Assembly: GCF_009914755.1 (NCBI RefSeq)
Contig: NC_060948.1
DNA: 64,000 nucleotides
Source: the human T2T-CHM13v2.0 reference genome, Homo sapiens
Reading direction: 5' to 3' (one strand)
The position numbers and the translations under genes are program-made. Of this stretch, positions 41,083-60,472 are shown piece after piece. The notes under the pieces were generated by a model. The model searched no databases and was not told the origin of the DNA. It worked only from the letters and a program-made list of their open reading frames with translations. The stretch's first letter is position 1; every line of letters begins with the position of its first letter.

Positions 41083-41774
41083 TTGATCATTAAAAAGTCA
41101 GGAAACAACAGATGCTGGAGAGGATGTGGAGAAATAGGAACGCCTTTACACTGTTGGTGGGAGTGTAAGTTAGTTCAACCATTGTGGAAGACAGTGTGGC
41201 GATTCCTCAAGGATCTAGAACCAGAAATACCATTTGACCCAGCAATCCCGTTACTGGGTATATACCCAAAGGATTATAAATCATCCTACTATAAAGACAC
41301 ATGCACATGTATGTTTACTGCAACACTGTTCACAATAACAAATACTTGGAACCAACCCAAATGCCAATCAATGATAGACTAGATGAAGAAAATGTGGCAC
41401 ATACACACCATGGAATACTATGCAGCCATAAAAAAGGATGAGCTCATGTCATTTGCAAGGACATGGATGAAGCTAGAAACCATCATCCTCAGGAAACTAA
41501 CACAGGAACAGAAAACCAAACACTGCATGTTCTCACTCATAAGTGGGAGGTGAACAATGAGAACACATGGACACAGGGAGGGGAACATCACATACCAGGG
41601 CCTGTCAGGGGGTGGGGGCCTGGGGGAGGGACAGCATTAAGAGAAATACCTAATGTAGATGACAGGTTGATGGGTGCAGCAAACCACCATGGCACGTGTG
41701 TATGTATGTAACAAAACTGCACGTTCTGCACATTTCCCCAGAACTTAAAGTATAATAATAAAAAATAATAATAA
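41083..41774 (+). mobile_element. 5'-truncated L1PA: ORF2 C-terminal remnant plus 3'UTR and A-rich tail
   Basis: Translation [35 protein letters not shown] matches the L1 ORF2p Cys-rich domain; premature TAG at ~41380; canonical L1PA 3'UTR. Confidence 0.96.
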
Positions 41775-42339
41775 TTTTTTTTGATGAAAGGACATAGTTG
41801 AAACTGCATCTTTAAGTGGTGACCTCCCTGGCTCTGGCTTCTTGTCCCTTTGTGGGCAAGAGGAGAAAGACATTCTGCTTGAATGGAAACCGAAGGTTTC
41901 TCCAAGCATGAAGGAAGAAGAGGGGGGTTACCAAAGATTGTTAGAAGTCAGGACTTACCTTGACATATAGCAGAAGCAAGGAACCAGGGTTTCCACTCTG
42001 TGAGTTTGGAAGAAGCTGAGCAGGAACAACAGAGATATGTCCCTGAGGGTGGACCTCATTCTTCGAGGTCCTATGCTAGCAAAACAGGTGCTGGAGAGGA
42101 GGATGTACTCATTATTGCTTTATTTCATTCTACCATTTTTTTTCTTCAGATATGATACTTACTTCTATCCCCTATATTTCTTAGCTTTGCTTTTATACTT
42201 CCTATTTCTTTTTCCTTTTTCTTTCTATGAAATTTCTTCTATCTTGTCTATAATTTTGGTGATTTCTCCCTCACCTATATACATTCTGCTGTTTATCTAC
42301 TGAAAAATTTATTTCATTGATTATATTTTTGCAACCTAA

Positions 42340-42708
<369 letters not shown>

Positions 42709-42758
42709 CCTTTTTTATTTTTTAGTATGCTTACTCGATGGATTATATATTATTATCC

Positions 42759-43188
42759 TGATAAAAGAAAAACTTCAGCCAAACTAAATTTAAAGGAGTT
42801 CAATTAAGCAATGAATTTAACGGATCGGGCAGAATCACTGCAGATTCACAGAGACTCCACCGCAGCCATGTGATGCAAGAAGATTTATAGACATACAAAA
42901 ATAAAAGGGAAATGACATACAGAAATCAGCAGGGAGGTACAGAAACAGCTGGCTTGGTTACAGGTTGGCATTTGCCTTATTTGAACACGGGCTGAACTCT
43001 CAGCAGTGTATGAATGGTTGAAGTATGGACGCTGGGATTGGCCAACACTCAGTTACGGTTACAGCCACATAAGCCTAAGTTAGGTTTTCAATCTTGCCTG
43101 CCTATTAAGCTAGGTAAGAGTTCATCCACAAGGACTCAAATATAGAAGTATGGACTGCTTCCCAGGCAATATTTAGTTTGATTTAACA
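42759..43188 (-). mobile_element. MER57-family ERV1 solo LTR
   Basis: AAAAGAAAAACTTCAGCC.AA.TAAATTTAAAGGAGT...TATTTAGTTTGATTTAACA. Confidence 0.82.
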
Positions 43189-43195
43189 ATTCTCA

Positions 43196-43516
<321 letters not shown>

Positions 43517-43649
43517 ATCCTCAATATTCTGTTTGCTTTTGTGAAATCTTTATTTAATATGCTAGATTTTTTTAAATGTTGATGCTTTGGAAAAGCGTTG
43601 TTATCTTTGCCTATGAGCAAGTTTTTCCCGGAGTATTTGGCTTTTCTGT

Positions 43650-43930
43650 GAAGTAACCCCATGTCCTTTTGAAAGACTGTTTCTGGAAATGCAGCTGCCA
43701 AGTTGGGAGGAAACCCAAGCAACCATTTGGGAATGACCCCACGGAAGAGAAACAAGGCCTCTGGCCAACACCCCCAGCTCTTCCGAGGTACCTGCCAGCA
43801 ACAACTCTCAGCCATGTGAATGAAGTCACTTCGGACTCTGCACCTGCCTCAGTGCTCCAGCCACCACCACCACATTCAGCAGAACCACCTGGCCAACCCA
43901 TCAGATAATGAGAACTCATATATTAAGTCC
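43650..43930 (+). mobile_element. Old MLT1 (G-K type) LTR fragment
   Basis: CAGCCATGTGAATGAAG; CCAACCC..CAGATAATGAGAA. Confidence 0.5.
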
Positions 43931-45234
43931 TTAAAAAAAAAAAAAAAAAGCACCAGCTGATGCCGTCTTTGCCTGCTGACACCTTCACCACACCCTTTGC
44001 TCTGAAAAATTCAGTTGACAAAATTAGTTTGAAATGCGAATGCCAGGGCTTTATTTATTGTCATTATTTTGGACAATATCCCCAGTACGTTTGGGACATT
44101 TTATCACCGTTCAAAGGACCTCTTAGTGTGGAGAAAACTGAGCCTATTTCGGATTTCAAATAAGTAGGAGAGAGATTTAAAATTACTCTGACCTAGTAAA
44201 CTCTCAAAAAAAAGTAATGCATTTCCCTAGAATGAGATGATATTTGAAAAGCTGATTATAAATCATTTCATTCTACTCACTAAATCAGGGCTGCGTTGCT
44301 CTGCTATCTATTAGGACTTTAATAATGTGTTACCTTTTGAATGCAGTAAGAATTCAATCTTTGAAACTCTCATAATACAAAGCTTAGGATAATATAAACT
44401 CAGTCAAAGTGAGATTCTTTGACATGAACTCTTCATGTTTTTTCATTCAAAGAGGAGAACTCTGTCCTTTCCTTCATTCTCCCTTTTTTAGTAGAAAAAG
44501 TAATTCTTGTAGAAGATACGTATTCCTTCAGATCTCTCAAATTTCCTCTCTAGTGACATCTGCTTCACCAACATTCCTTTTTTCCCCTTTTCCTTGTTCT
44601 TGTTCATTTTCCTTTATCGTCTGTGTTTTTCTCATACTTAATTTGCTTCGTGATTTAGGAACTTTTGTTTTACTGGGATTTGTCACTTGAAAGTCCCAAT
44701 CCTTTCACGGTCTATCCAGGCCTTTCAACCGTGCCAATAACCGGCTAAGTCTGCAGTAGTCTGGATGGAATTGTTTTGCACAAGGTCCAGACGGCGTCCA
44801 GTCTTTGTCTCTGCAAGCCTGCTTCTCATTGACTCTTAGATCGGCTCTCCTGTTCCAGCTGCAATTTTCCACAGTGCCTCTTTGTTTCAGAATTGGAGCA
44901 GTAACCCCTTTTCTTTTTATTTCCAGTCAGCTTTTTTTCCTGCCCCCAAGTAGCAGAGACTGCAGTGCACATAAAGTTAGGGACTCAGCTTGTGTCTGTA
45001 TAAATATTTGACCTGAATCTAGACAAGATGCAGGTGCGTGGTTTTTCTGATTTATTTTTACACTCAGGCAACTCATCTTTTTTGCTGCTTCTACCCTCGT
45101 GAGAGGTAAGAGCTGGGAGTCACACCAGATTCAATTCAGCCAGTGTGCTGCTATCCGTTTCTTTTAGGCTGACTCTCTCTACTGTTTGACACAGCTGCCT
45201 CGCTAGCTCATGGCCATGTGTAAAATCAGCATTA

Positions 45235-45576
<342 letters not shown>

Positions 45577-45811
45577 TTATTGACTGGGCTTTCAGGCACC
45601 ATTGTTTAAAAAGACTTGCTGAAAAACAAAGCAAGCTTACCCCATTTCCTCTACTCCATCCGGAGTCAACTGTCACAGCTAAGAGTTGTGATGATCTCCA
45701 AAAAGTGTTGGATATTGGAAGCCTTGATGTTCGAACTGCAGAGATTTTTCTACAGCAGAAGTGGAAGAAGGTTTTCTGGTGAAGGACAGACTTGAAGATA
45801 GCTCACCATGA

Positions 45812-46177
<366 letters not shown>

Positions 46178-46755
46178 TCAGTACCATACGTTTTACTATA
46201 GATATCATCTCCAAGGAGGGCAGAGAGAAGAGTAAAAATAGCAAAATTCAGAGATGGTTACACACTTTCTTTTTGTTGTTATTGTTTTCATTCCTTTGTC
46301 CTCTGCTACATCACAGGCTTTCAGTTCTCCAAGTGGGATGCGCTGTGGTGCTTATTTAATTTCAGTCTCCTTTTCCCAGTCACCTGTTAGGAAGCTGTGG
46401 GTTCGTCCTTGTTCAATTAGTCATGGAATTTGAACACTGATAATGGCTTCTGAAATGTAATTTAAATTGTAGATTTGTGATATCTGCTAGTATGTATTCA
46501 TTCTCAAAGCCAGCCTCATTTTTATTAGTCACAGTTTTGAATTATTTACTAGTTTCTTTCATTAGAATTGAAAAATGATATTTTAGATTGTTTCAGATGT
46601 CTGTGCCTTAAAGTAAATGAAAATGGGAGCTGAAAGAAATCTATATCTTTCTTACTCTGAGAGCAATTCATGGACATTCCCTTCTGTTTATAGTTTCATA
46701 GGAGTTTTAAGTGATTTTAAAATACAGGGCTTCCAGTTATATTGGGGGAATAATT

Positions 46756-47363
<608 letters not shown>

Positions 47364-47431
47364 TGATTTATCAGTGCAAGTTGTTTTATTACTGATAAAC
47401 TACTGGAGAATGGATGCACATTTTTCTTGAA

Positions 47432-48092
<661 letters not shown>

Positions 48093-48350
48093 TGAGCTGT
48101 TTTCCTTGTGGATCATTGAAAGCTACGCCCTCAAAAGGCAAAAATGGGCAGCTCCCTGCATCTTGCATTCAGGTTTCTGAAAAAAAAAAAAAAAAAAAAA
48201 AAAAAAGCTTAAGTCACACTGACTGCTGGTTTTTTCTTGTCATATTGAATCTCCAAGATGTGCCTTCAGACATTTCCTCTGGGTCTGTTGGAGGATAGGT
48301 TTCGTTTGACCTGAGATTTCATTAATTTTCTCCGAGAGGCGTTTGCTTAG

Positions 48351-48725
<375 letters not shown>

Positions 48726-48988
48726 TACTTTCTTACTTAACCTGATGTAATGTCTTTCACGTGTGTTGGAGTTTATGGAACTTCAATTTCATTGATGGAC
48801 GACTACCCCAGGCACTTCCATTTTATTCCTTTCACCAGATGTTCCTGTTTAATTCTCTCTTATTAATGTCATAACCTGCTCGTGTTCTTTTGTACAAATA
48901 ATAAACGTTCATTCATGGGAATACCTCAATGCAAAAACGTGTACTCACCATCCTTCCTCAATTTAAGTGCTTAAAAAAATAACCTCTA

Positions 48989-49689
<701 letters not shown>

Positions 49690-50679
49690 TTATAATAAGA
49701 AAAAATTATTGAACATAATTATGTTACTCATGATGTGTCCATCCTCACTCCCCCAAAAAATTGGCATCAAAATCTCACTTTGACTCCAGATGTTTACCAA
49801 AATGCATTCACTTTCAGCTGAAAGATGTTTTGTGGCCAAAAAGAAAAAAATAACCTGGAAATAGACCAATGTTTCCTCATGCTGCAAAAGGTCTGCTTTG
49901 GCTTGATAAGGCGATCAGGTGTTTGCAAAACATTTCCACCCTCTTTTTTTTTTAGTAACAGAAAAGTTGGCACTTCTGCTAGCCCAACATTTTTGCACAC
50001 AGAAGTTTTCTCAGTTAAAAGCTGCCTGGGACGGTGCCTCCAGCTTGAAATTCTTCTGCATCTCTGCACAGCACTGTGCTGAATTTTGCAAGTGCCGCCA
50101 ACAAGAAGCTGCGGCAGGGTGCTGGGAATTTCACAGAAAGCTATTCCCTTTTTCCTACCTGGTTATAGAAACTGCTTTTTCTTTAGAATGTTATAGTTAC
50201 CCTTTGAATAGTGGCTTATCATTTCAATACATTTTTGTATGAATTTTAAATGCCTATATTCAACCCAACTTTTTCCTTTCTCCTAGGGGGCTGATACCGT
50301 CAGGACAGCGGCTTGCTGAAAGTTTTAACAATGAATTCTGCAAAAAAAAAAAAAAAAAAAAGAAACCCTGGTCAGAGCCTATGCCAATTTCTCTGGTGTA
50401 AATTTTCCTCTTGTGGTTGATTTAAAGGTACTCAGGTGAGATTATGGAATGCGGATTTGGAAAGAGATAATGCCCTGTTGGTTCTCATAAGCTCATACGA
50501 GCTACTCCTAGCACCCCTGTATGTCAAGGTGTACAAGGCAGAGAAAGATGACAAGCTGGTGATCTTGGGAGGGAAAACCTTAGTCCCCACAGGTGATTGG
50601 TTCAAAGGGCGCTATGACCACTGCAGCAGGAGCACAATCTGATATGGAGTTCAATGCTCCTGGGAAGATGTGTTTAGAC

Positions 50680-51217
50680 CGGGGATCTCCAACCCCTAGC
50701 TGCAGATTTGTACCAGTCTGTGGCCTGTTAGGAACTGGGATGCCCAGCAGGAGGTGAGCAGAAGGCACCTCTATTTACATCTGTATTTACAGCATCTGTA
50801 TTTGCAGCTGCTTCTGATCACTGCCATTACCATCTGAGCTCTGCCTCCCGTCAGGTCAGTGGTGGCATTAGATTATCGTGGAAGCATGAATCCTATTGTG
50901 AACTGCCCATATGAGAGATCGAAGTTGCATGCTCCTTATAAGAATCTAGTGCCTGATGATCTGTCACTGTCTCCCATCAACCCCAGATGGGACCATGTAG
51001 TTGCAGGAAAACAAGTCACGGCTCCCACTGATTCTACATGATGGCAAGCTGTAGACTTATTTCACTATGTATTCCAATGTAATAGTAATAGAAATAAAGT
51101 GCACAATGAATGCAGGGTACTTGAATCATCCTGAAACCATCTGCCCATCCCCTGGTCCACGGAAAAATTGTCTTCCGCAAAACCTGTCCCTGGTGCCAAG
51201 AAGTTTGGGGACCACTG
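50680..51217. mobile_element. MER1A non-autonomous hAT-Charlie DNA transposon
   Basis: TIR-like ends CGGGGATCTCCAACC / AGTTTGGGGACCACTG; 8-bp TSD GTTTAGAC (50672-50679) / GTGCAGAC (51218-51225); 538 bp. Confidence 0.88.
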
Positions 51218-51269
51218 GTGCAGACCTTTCTCCCCTCCTTCTGAAAATCTTCTGGCCAGAGTCCTGCTG

Positions 51270-51816
51270 TGTGACGGTTAGGATTGAGGGTCAACTTGAT
51301 CGGATTGAAGGATGCAAAGCATTGTTCCTGGGTGTGTCTGTGAGGGTGTTTCCAAAGGAGATTCACATTTGAGTCAGTGGACTGGGAGATGCAGACCCAC
51401 CCTCATTGTGGGTGGGAACGATCTCATCAGCTCCCAGTGTGGCTAGGATAAAAGCAGGCAGAGGAACATGGAATGAGAAGACTTGCTGAGTCTCCCGGCC
51501 TCCATCTTCCACCCGTGCTGGCTGCTTCCTGCCCTCGAACATCAGACTCCAAGGTCTTCAGTGCTTGGACTCTTGGACCTACAGTGGTTTGCCAGGGGCC
51601 TATCGGGCCTTTGGCCACAGACTAAAGGCTGCACTTTCAGCTTCCCTACTTTTTAGGTTTAGGGACTCGGACTGGCTTCCTGGCTCCTCACCTTGCAGAT
51701 GGGCTATTGTAGGACTTCACCTTGTGATTATGTGAGTCAGTTATCCTAGTAAATTCCCCTTCATATATACATCTATCTGATTAGTTCTGTCCCTCAAGAG
51801 CACCCTGACTAATATA
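51270..51816 (+). mobile_element. MLT2A (HERV-L) solo LTR, MLT2A2-like length
   Basis: TGTGACGGTTA..ATTGAG.GTCAACTTGAT.GGATTGAAGGATGCAAAG...ACCCTGACTAATATA. Confidence 0.9.
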
Positions 51817-52021
51817 TACTGGAAATGGCCTCTGTTACCCAGACATGTGCCTCCAAGGAGAAAGTTCTTGGAAGCCAGATGAGTTCTCTCTATGACCTTC
51901 AATTCAACACGTGGATGAAGGTGTGGAATGAGGCAGTAGGAAGGGCTCTGAGCCAGGCATGCTGAGAGCTTATCATCACATAACAACACTGGGATTGTCA
52001 GGCTCTTCAGAGATACAGAAC

Positions 52022-52819
52022 TAATATAGTTTGAATATTTGTCTCCTCCAAATCTCACTTTGAAATTTGGCCCCTAATGTTGGTGGTAGGGCCTAGTGGG
52101 AGGTATTTGGGTGATGGGAGCAGATCTCTCATGAATGTCTTTGTTCTGTCTCTACAGTAATTAATGAGTTCTTGCTCTGTTTGTTCACATGAGAGCTGGT
52201 TGTTTAAAACAGCCTGGCACCTCTCTCTCTCACCTCCTTTCTCACCCTGTGACATGCCAGCTCCACTTCACCTTCCACCATGAGTGGAAGCTTCCTGAGG
52301 CCTCACCAGAAGCAGATGCTGGCTCCATGCTTGTACAGTCTGCAGAACTGTGAGCCAAATAAACCTCTTTTCTTTATAAACCACACAGCCTCTGGTATGC
52401 CTTTAGAGCAATGTGTATTAGTTTGTTCTCACATTGCTATAAAGAACTATCTGAAGCTGGGTAATCCATAGAGAAAAAAGGTTTAATTGGCTCATGGTTC
52501 CATAGGCTATACAAGAGGCATGGCTGGGGAGGCCTCAGGAAACTTACAATCATGGCAGAAGGTGAAGAAGAAGGAGGCACTTCTTACATGGTTGGAGTAG
52601 AAGAAACAGAGTGAAGCAGGAGGTGGTACACACTTTTAAACAACTAGATGTCTTGTGAACTCACTCACTATCACACAAACAGCAAGGGGGGAATCCACCC
52701 CTTGATCCAGTCACCTCCCACCATGCCCTCTCTCCATTATTGGAGATTACAATGGGATGTGAGATTTGGGTGGGGACACAAATCCAAATCACATCACATT
52801 GCAAAACAGACTAAGACAA
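52022..52819 (+). mobile_element. MSTB-like LTR (+) with an opposite-strand MSTA-like LTR (52414-52795) nested near its 3' end
   Basis: The host's end CAAAACAGACTAAGACA resumes after the insert; TSD CAATG/CATTG. Confidence 0.85.
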
Positions 52820-52849
52820 GAACCAGACAAATAAACATATAAAACAGGA

Positions 52850-53304
52850 TTCACTCTGGGAATTGGCCCACATGATTATGGAGGCTGAGAAATTTCATGA
52901 TCTGCCATCTGGAAGCTGGAGAACCAGGGAAACGGGTGGCACAAAACAGTCAGAATCCAAAGGCCTAAGGGTGGGTGTGGAAGGTGCGGGGAACTGAGGG
53001 GCTCTGCTCGTGTAAGTCCTGGAGTCCAAAGACACAAGAACCAAGAGCTCTGCTCTCTGAGGAGATGGATGTCCCAGCTCAAAAACAGAGAGGAAGTTTT
53101 CCCTTCCTCTACCTTTTTCCTCTACTTGGGCCCTCCATGGATTGAGTGATGCCCACTCCTAGTGGTGAGAGTCTTCTTTACTCAGTCTGCTTGTTCAAAT
53201 GCAAATCTCTTCTGCAAACACACTCACAGACACACCTAAGGGTTTTACCAGCTACCTGGGCGTCCCATAGCCCAGGCAAGTTGACATGTACAGTTAACCA
53301 TCAC
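52850..53304 (-). mobile_element. MLT2 (B/C/D-type) LTR
   Basis: GATTATGGAGGCTGAGAA; AAGCTGGAGAACCAGG; CAAGTTGACA...TTAACCATCAC. Confidence 0.8.
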
Positions 53305-53558
53305 TTCCACCTACACATCGGCTGAGTTCCTCCATCTGCCAGGACTCCCTGGCCAATGTGGAATAACACTCTCTTGGCTTCCTTCTGAGGCTTGCTGGGG
53401 AATCAAATGAGAATTTGCAAGCCTGAAAGTTTGTATTAAAGAGTGTGATGCCAGTTTTTGATATTTGGTTGCTGACAACTTCCAAGTGCACCCTCTCAAT
53501 TCCCGTGGAATGGAGATATCTTTATTTGTCTGGTTCTTGTCTTAGTCCATTTTGCATT

Positions 53559-53715
53559 GTGATGTGATTTGGATTAGTGTCCCCACCCAAATCTCACATC
53601 CAATTGTAATCTCCAATAATGGAGAAAGGGCATGGTGGGAGGTGACTGGATCAAGGGGTGGATTCCCCCCTTGCTGTTTGTGTGATAATGAGTGAGTTCA
53701 CAAGACATCTAGTCT
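53559..53715 (+). mobile_element. MST LTR 5' fragment
   Basis: TGATGTGATTTGGATTAGTGTCCCCACCCAAATCTCA. Confidence 0.75.
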
Positions 53716-53814
53716 GTTCTCCCCACAAATGATGACAAAGCACATCTTGGCAAACTGCTGATAAAGCCCAGGTGCTTGCTCCTTTGGTGCCAGTGGGAGC
53801 TTGAAATCAGGTAA

Positions 53815-54161
<347 letters not shown>

Positions 54162-54416
54162 CTACCCTGCTCCTTACCCACAATAAAAATTCAATCTAGA
54201 GTTTTTTCTTTACCATCTTGGTCTATTCTGGATCAGCTTGGAAGATCTTTCCTGCTCTCCCACAAAAGCTGTATTATGTAAGAAATATGTGTTTGCATAC
54301 TCTGTTTGTATGTGTGTATGTGTGTATGTGGGGGGTGGGGTGGGGGGGTCATGAGTCTTGACATCCTGACCAAATTTGGGAGGAACAGGTGCATCCTATT
54401 ATTTCAAGATGGCCTC

Positions 54417-54721
54417 ACCAGCGCAGCATGGTGGCTCATGCCTGTAATCTTAGCATTTGGGGAGGCCAAGACAGGAAGTTCGCTTGAGACCAACAGTTTC
54501 AGACCAGGCTGTGCAACATAGCGAGATCTTATCTCTCTAAAAAAAATTAGCCAGGCCTGGTGGCACGCACCCCTATAGTCCCAGCTTCTCAGGAGGCTAA
54601 GAAGAGAGGATCACTTGAGCCCAGGAGTTCAAGCCTTCAGTGAGCCATGATTCCACCACTGCACTCCAGTCCCAGGCTCTTAGAATGAGACCTTGCTTTA
54701 AAAAAAAAAAAAAAAAAAAAA
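54417..54721 (+). mobile_element. AluJ
   Basis: Diverged dimer plus poly-A. Confidence 0.9.
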
Positions 54722-54757
54722 GGCTATGGCTACACTAGTGTCCTTGGATAAAAGTAA

Positions 54758-55093
<336 letters not shown>

Positions 55094-55565
55094 CACAAGG
55101 CCATAATTCAATTGTGAAGTTCCCAGTTGCCGATGATCCTGGCCTGCCTTCCTCAGTTAGAACCTTCTAGGCATGCACACAGGTGGGGTGGTCTGTGTTT
55201 TTCTTTTCCTTTTTCCATTTACATGGGATTTTAGACACACTGTGTAGTTGGAAGACTGGAAGATTTCTATTTGTAAATGAAATTCGACCTGAATGAGAAA
55301 GAGTCGTAACTCTACAGGGATCATCCATCAATGCCTAAGTTCCTTCCATCCCCAGTTTGAACACATCTGTTATGCATGAGACTCCTTAAGCTGCACAAAA
55401 AGCACACACTCATTTCATGCGATGGACAGCCGGAAGCAGTGCATCCTGCAGGCTAGGATGTGTTGCTTTGTTGAAAGCTTTGCCGGACAGCCTGTAATTT
55501 GGAGGGAGAACGGCCTGAAGCATTCAGATTCAGCAAAAGGCTCTTCTTTTGAAACCAGATCATAC

Positions 55566-56162
55566 TGTTATCACCAGAAAGAGGTCCCGATCCAGACCCT
55601 CAAGAGAGTATTCTTGGATCTTGCCCAAGAAAGAATTTAGGGCGAGTCCATAAAGTGAAAGCCAAGTTTATTAGGAAAATAAAGGAATCAAGAATGGCTA
55701 CTCCATAGCCAGAGTAGCCCCAGGACTGCTGGTTGCCCATTTTTATGGTTATTTCTTGGATATGCTTAACAAGGGGTGGATTATGGTTATTTGTATGGAT
55801 ATGCTAAACAAGGGGTGGATTATTCATGCCTCCCCTTTTAGACCATATAGGGTAACTTCCTGACGTTGCCATGGCATTTGTAAACTGTCATGGAGCTGGT
55901 AGGAGTGTAGCAGTGAGGACCACCAGAGGTCACTCTTGTGGCCATCTTGGTTTTGGTGTGTTTTCGCCGGCTTCTTTACCTGTTTATCTTTTACCTGTTT
56001 TACCAGCAAGGTCTTTATGACCTGTCTCTTGTACCGACCTCCTATCTCATCCTGTGACTTAGAATGCCTTAACCATCTGGGAATGCAGCCCATAAGTGTC
56101 AGCTTCATTTTGCCCAGCCCCTATTCAAGATGGAGTTGCTCTGGTTCAAACACCTCTGACCA
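55566..56162 (-). mobile_element. MER41A-like ERV1 solo LTR
   Basis: GGTCCCGATCCAGACCC.CAAGAGAG..TTCTTGGATC...GAGTTGCTCTGGTTCAAACACCTCTGAC; no GAS segment. Confidence 0.88.
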
Positions 56163-56324
56163 TACTTTAACCTGATTCTGCAAAAAGCCCTCTCATCAGA
56201 TGCCTCTGCAGCATGGAGGGTCGCAGATTGAATATACTCTTTTCTAGGTCTTGAGTGGATTTGTTGCAGAGCCAGTGAGCAAATGCAGTTATCACCACCT
56301 TGGTTTGCCTGTGACTGTCATCAT

Positions 56325-56944
56325 GATGAAACAGCTACATTGTCTGGGGTACATACCCTGGGGTTCATTGTCTCGCACCGAGAAAGAATTCAGGACACAG
56401 ACACGTGTGGGTGGATTAAGGAGTGGAAAGTTTAAGAGACAAAGAAAGGAAAGAAGAGAGCAGCTCCTTGCCAGAGAGAGAGAGAGAGAGAGACATCTGA
56501 AAAGTAGGGAGGTGGCAGTCAGCAGCAGATTTTATAGGCAGGCTGGAGAAGGTGGTGTTTGATTTATGTAGGGCTCACAGATTGGTTCCATCAGGTACGT
56601 TTACATAGCGCCTGTGGGGAAGGCTGATTGCCCCACCTTAATCTTATTATGCAAATGGGCTTTCCACTTGATAGGCGCCATCTTGTCTGCTCCTTACTGT
56701 ACAAGTGGCCGACAAAGAGGAGGAAGATGGAGCCACCCTGTTGAACGTCTCTAGTCCCTAGTTCCTGCCGGCATTCACCCGTGCAAGCTCCCAGCTGGCT
56801 TGTCTATGTCTGCAGCTTGACTTGACAGGCTGCTCTTTGTTAGAAAATGACTTGGGGCTGCTTTTCATTAAAGAGAAAAGCCTTACCAAGGACTCCCATA
56901 CCCTTACTGTCTGCCTAAGTGATTTCTTCTTAACTCCTGTATCA
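56325..56944 (-). mobile_element. LTR9-like ERV1 solo LTR
   Basis: Minus strand starts TGATACAGGAGTTAAGAAGAAATCACTTAGGCAGA; CTGGGGTACATACCCTGGGGTTC near its 3' end. Confidence 0.75.
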
Positions 56945-57563
56945 CTGGCAGACTCTGAGTTGCCTGTTGGGTGGAGTACTATATTGCCGAGTATCATGAC
57001 TGTATTAGATGTGAGGGAGACAGTGTGAATAGGACATGGTCCCTGAAGAGCACAGAGCTCTCACGTGGGGCTGGGCGGAGCTTCTGTCCTATCCAGTGTT
57101 ACGGAACCCTTGCAAGCACAGGTCAGGCAGCTCCAGTGCTGGAAGACATGCACGCAAAATCCAGGGGGACCATTGCAAAGAGGTTTAGTGTTTCTTGGAA
57201 AAATGCCAGAAGTCTGAAGAAGTGGTGGCCCCGAGCAGCTTTGAAGGATGTGCATGCAATTAAACCGAAGCCAAAGGGTCAGAGAGAGGAGTGAGAGCCA
57301 GGTAGGAATCTATGTGCAGCTTCATCATAAACTCACAGGCAGGCTTCATGCAGCACCGTCTCAGTGCATTCAATGTTTGGATTCCACACGCATGCATCCT
57401 CAACCCCCTTGCAATGCTATTCTCCCTGGAGGGAAATGGGTCATTCTTACTCTATCATATGCAGATATCTGGTCAACCAGATAAATGTGTGAGAAAACAC
57501 CAACAAAGCAGAAATTACTTTTAATTATAGAGCAGAGTCATCGTAAAAGTTTGTGCAAAAAAA

Positions 57564-58211
<648 letters not shown>

Positions 58212-58365
58212 TGAGAGACTGTACAATATTGTAAACAAATAAAATCAGAAAACATATTGTGTTTCCACGGTTCCAACACATATGGGTCACATGAATTGCG
58301 TGAACTCACTGTTAAGTGCATGGTAAATATCATGCTTTAAAAAGAGAAAGATGTTTCGGCATCAC

Positions 58366-58667
58366 TTTTTTTTTCTTTTTCTTTTTTCAGATGGAGTCTG
58401 GCTCTGTCCCCCAGTCTGGAGTGCACTGGCACCATGTCAGCTCACTGCAACCTCCGCCTCCTGGGTTGAAGTGATTCTCCTGCCTTAGCCTCCTGAGTAG
58501 CTGGGATTACAGGCGCCTGCCACCATGTCTGGCTAACTTTTGCATTTTAGTAGAGATGGGGTTTCACCATGTTGGTCAGGCTGGTCTCAAACTCCTCAGC
58601 TCAGGTGATCCGCCCCCCTCCGCCTCCCAAAGTACTGGGATTACAGGTGTGAGCCACCGAGCCTGGC
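58366..58667 (-). mobile_element. Alu
   Basis: TSD ATCACTT. Confidence 0.95.
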
Positions 58668-58803
58668 CCAGTATCACTTGCTTAAATATTTTAGAAATGT
58701 GTAGAACTTTCAGGAAGTTACAAAAACCATGTTCCATGAGCTATTTTAACATATTTACTTGACAGCTGTCTCATGCGGCTTTTGTAAATAAAAGTACAAG
58801 TAC

Positions 58804-59126
<323 letters not shown>

Positions 59127-59565
59127 TCAGCCTAGGAGTGTTTTTAGCACGAGCTGCAATTATAGATGGGGTCAGCTGCATGACCCAAGATGAAACCTAG
59201 AAGAAAACACTCACGTTCACCACCACCATCAACAGTGCCTTCCGCAACACATCCCTCCATGGGAACTGCCAGATGTTTCTTTCTCTCTATTGTGTAGCTA
59301 AATATTTTCTGAACTATATTGGGCAATTCTTTCCAACACAAATGTCTTGGAATGCTAATAAAAGTGCCTGGGGGAAAAAAGAGGCTCTAAATTCAGGGGG
59401 AAAAAATGTGGAAAAGACTGAGCTTCTCAGAGTTGAGCGGTTCTTTTCAGCAAGATTTCTCAGTCTTTTGTTTGCTGAAGGGCAATTAAATCTCCCAGGA
59501 GAGATACTGTGGGTACTGTGGTCCGCGTGCCCAAAATTCTTTAACCACAGAACTGTTTTTGCTAA

Positions 59566-60196
<631 letters not shown>

Positions 60197-60472
60197 TGAG
60201 GATTTTAGACTTCAGCCAAGGCAAAACTCCAATTATTAGTTTTCTAATCATTTTACTTGTCAGGACATAGGTGCAGTTCCAGTTAACAGGGAAGAGTGGC
60301 ACACCTGCTTATGCCTAATTATAAAGTAACTGAGGAAAACCATCAGTGTTTTCCAGGAAGTTGACAAAGTCCTGGTTCTTTATGAATGAGTTCAGAATCT
60401 GCCATTGAGGTTTCCAGAGATGCCAGACCTAAGAAATCCTGGGGAAATAAAGACACTTAAAGAGATAAAAAC

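Noticed and set aside
41083-41382. 99-aa ORF with L1 ORF2p C-terminus
   Set aside because: 5'-truncated L1 remnant with a premature stop, not a gene
50680-51217. Functional link between hAT element MER1A and hAT-derived ZBED1
   Set aside because: MER1A is a common Charlie-family element 43 kb from the promoter; proximity alone is uninformative
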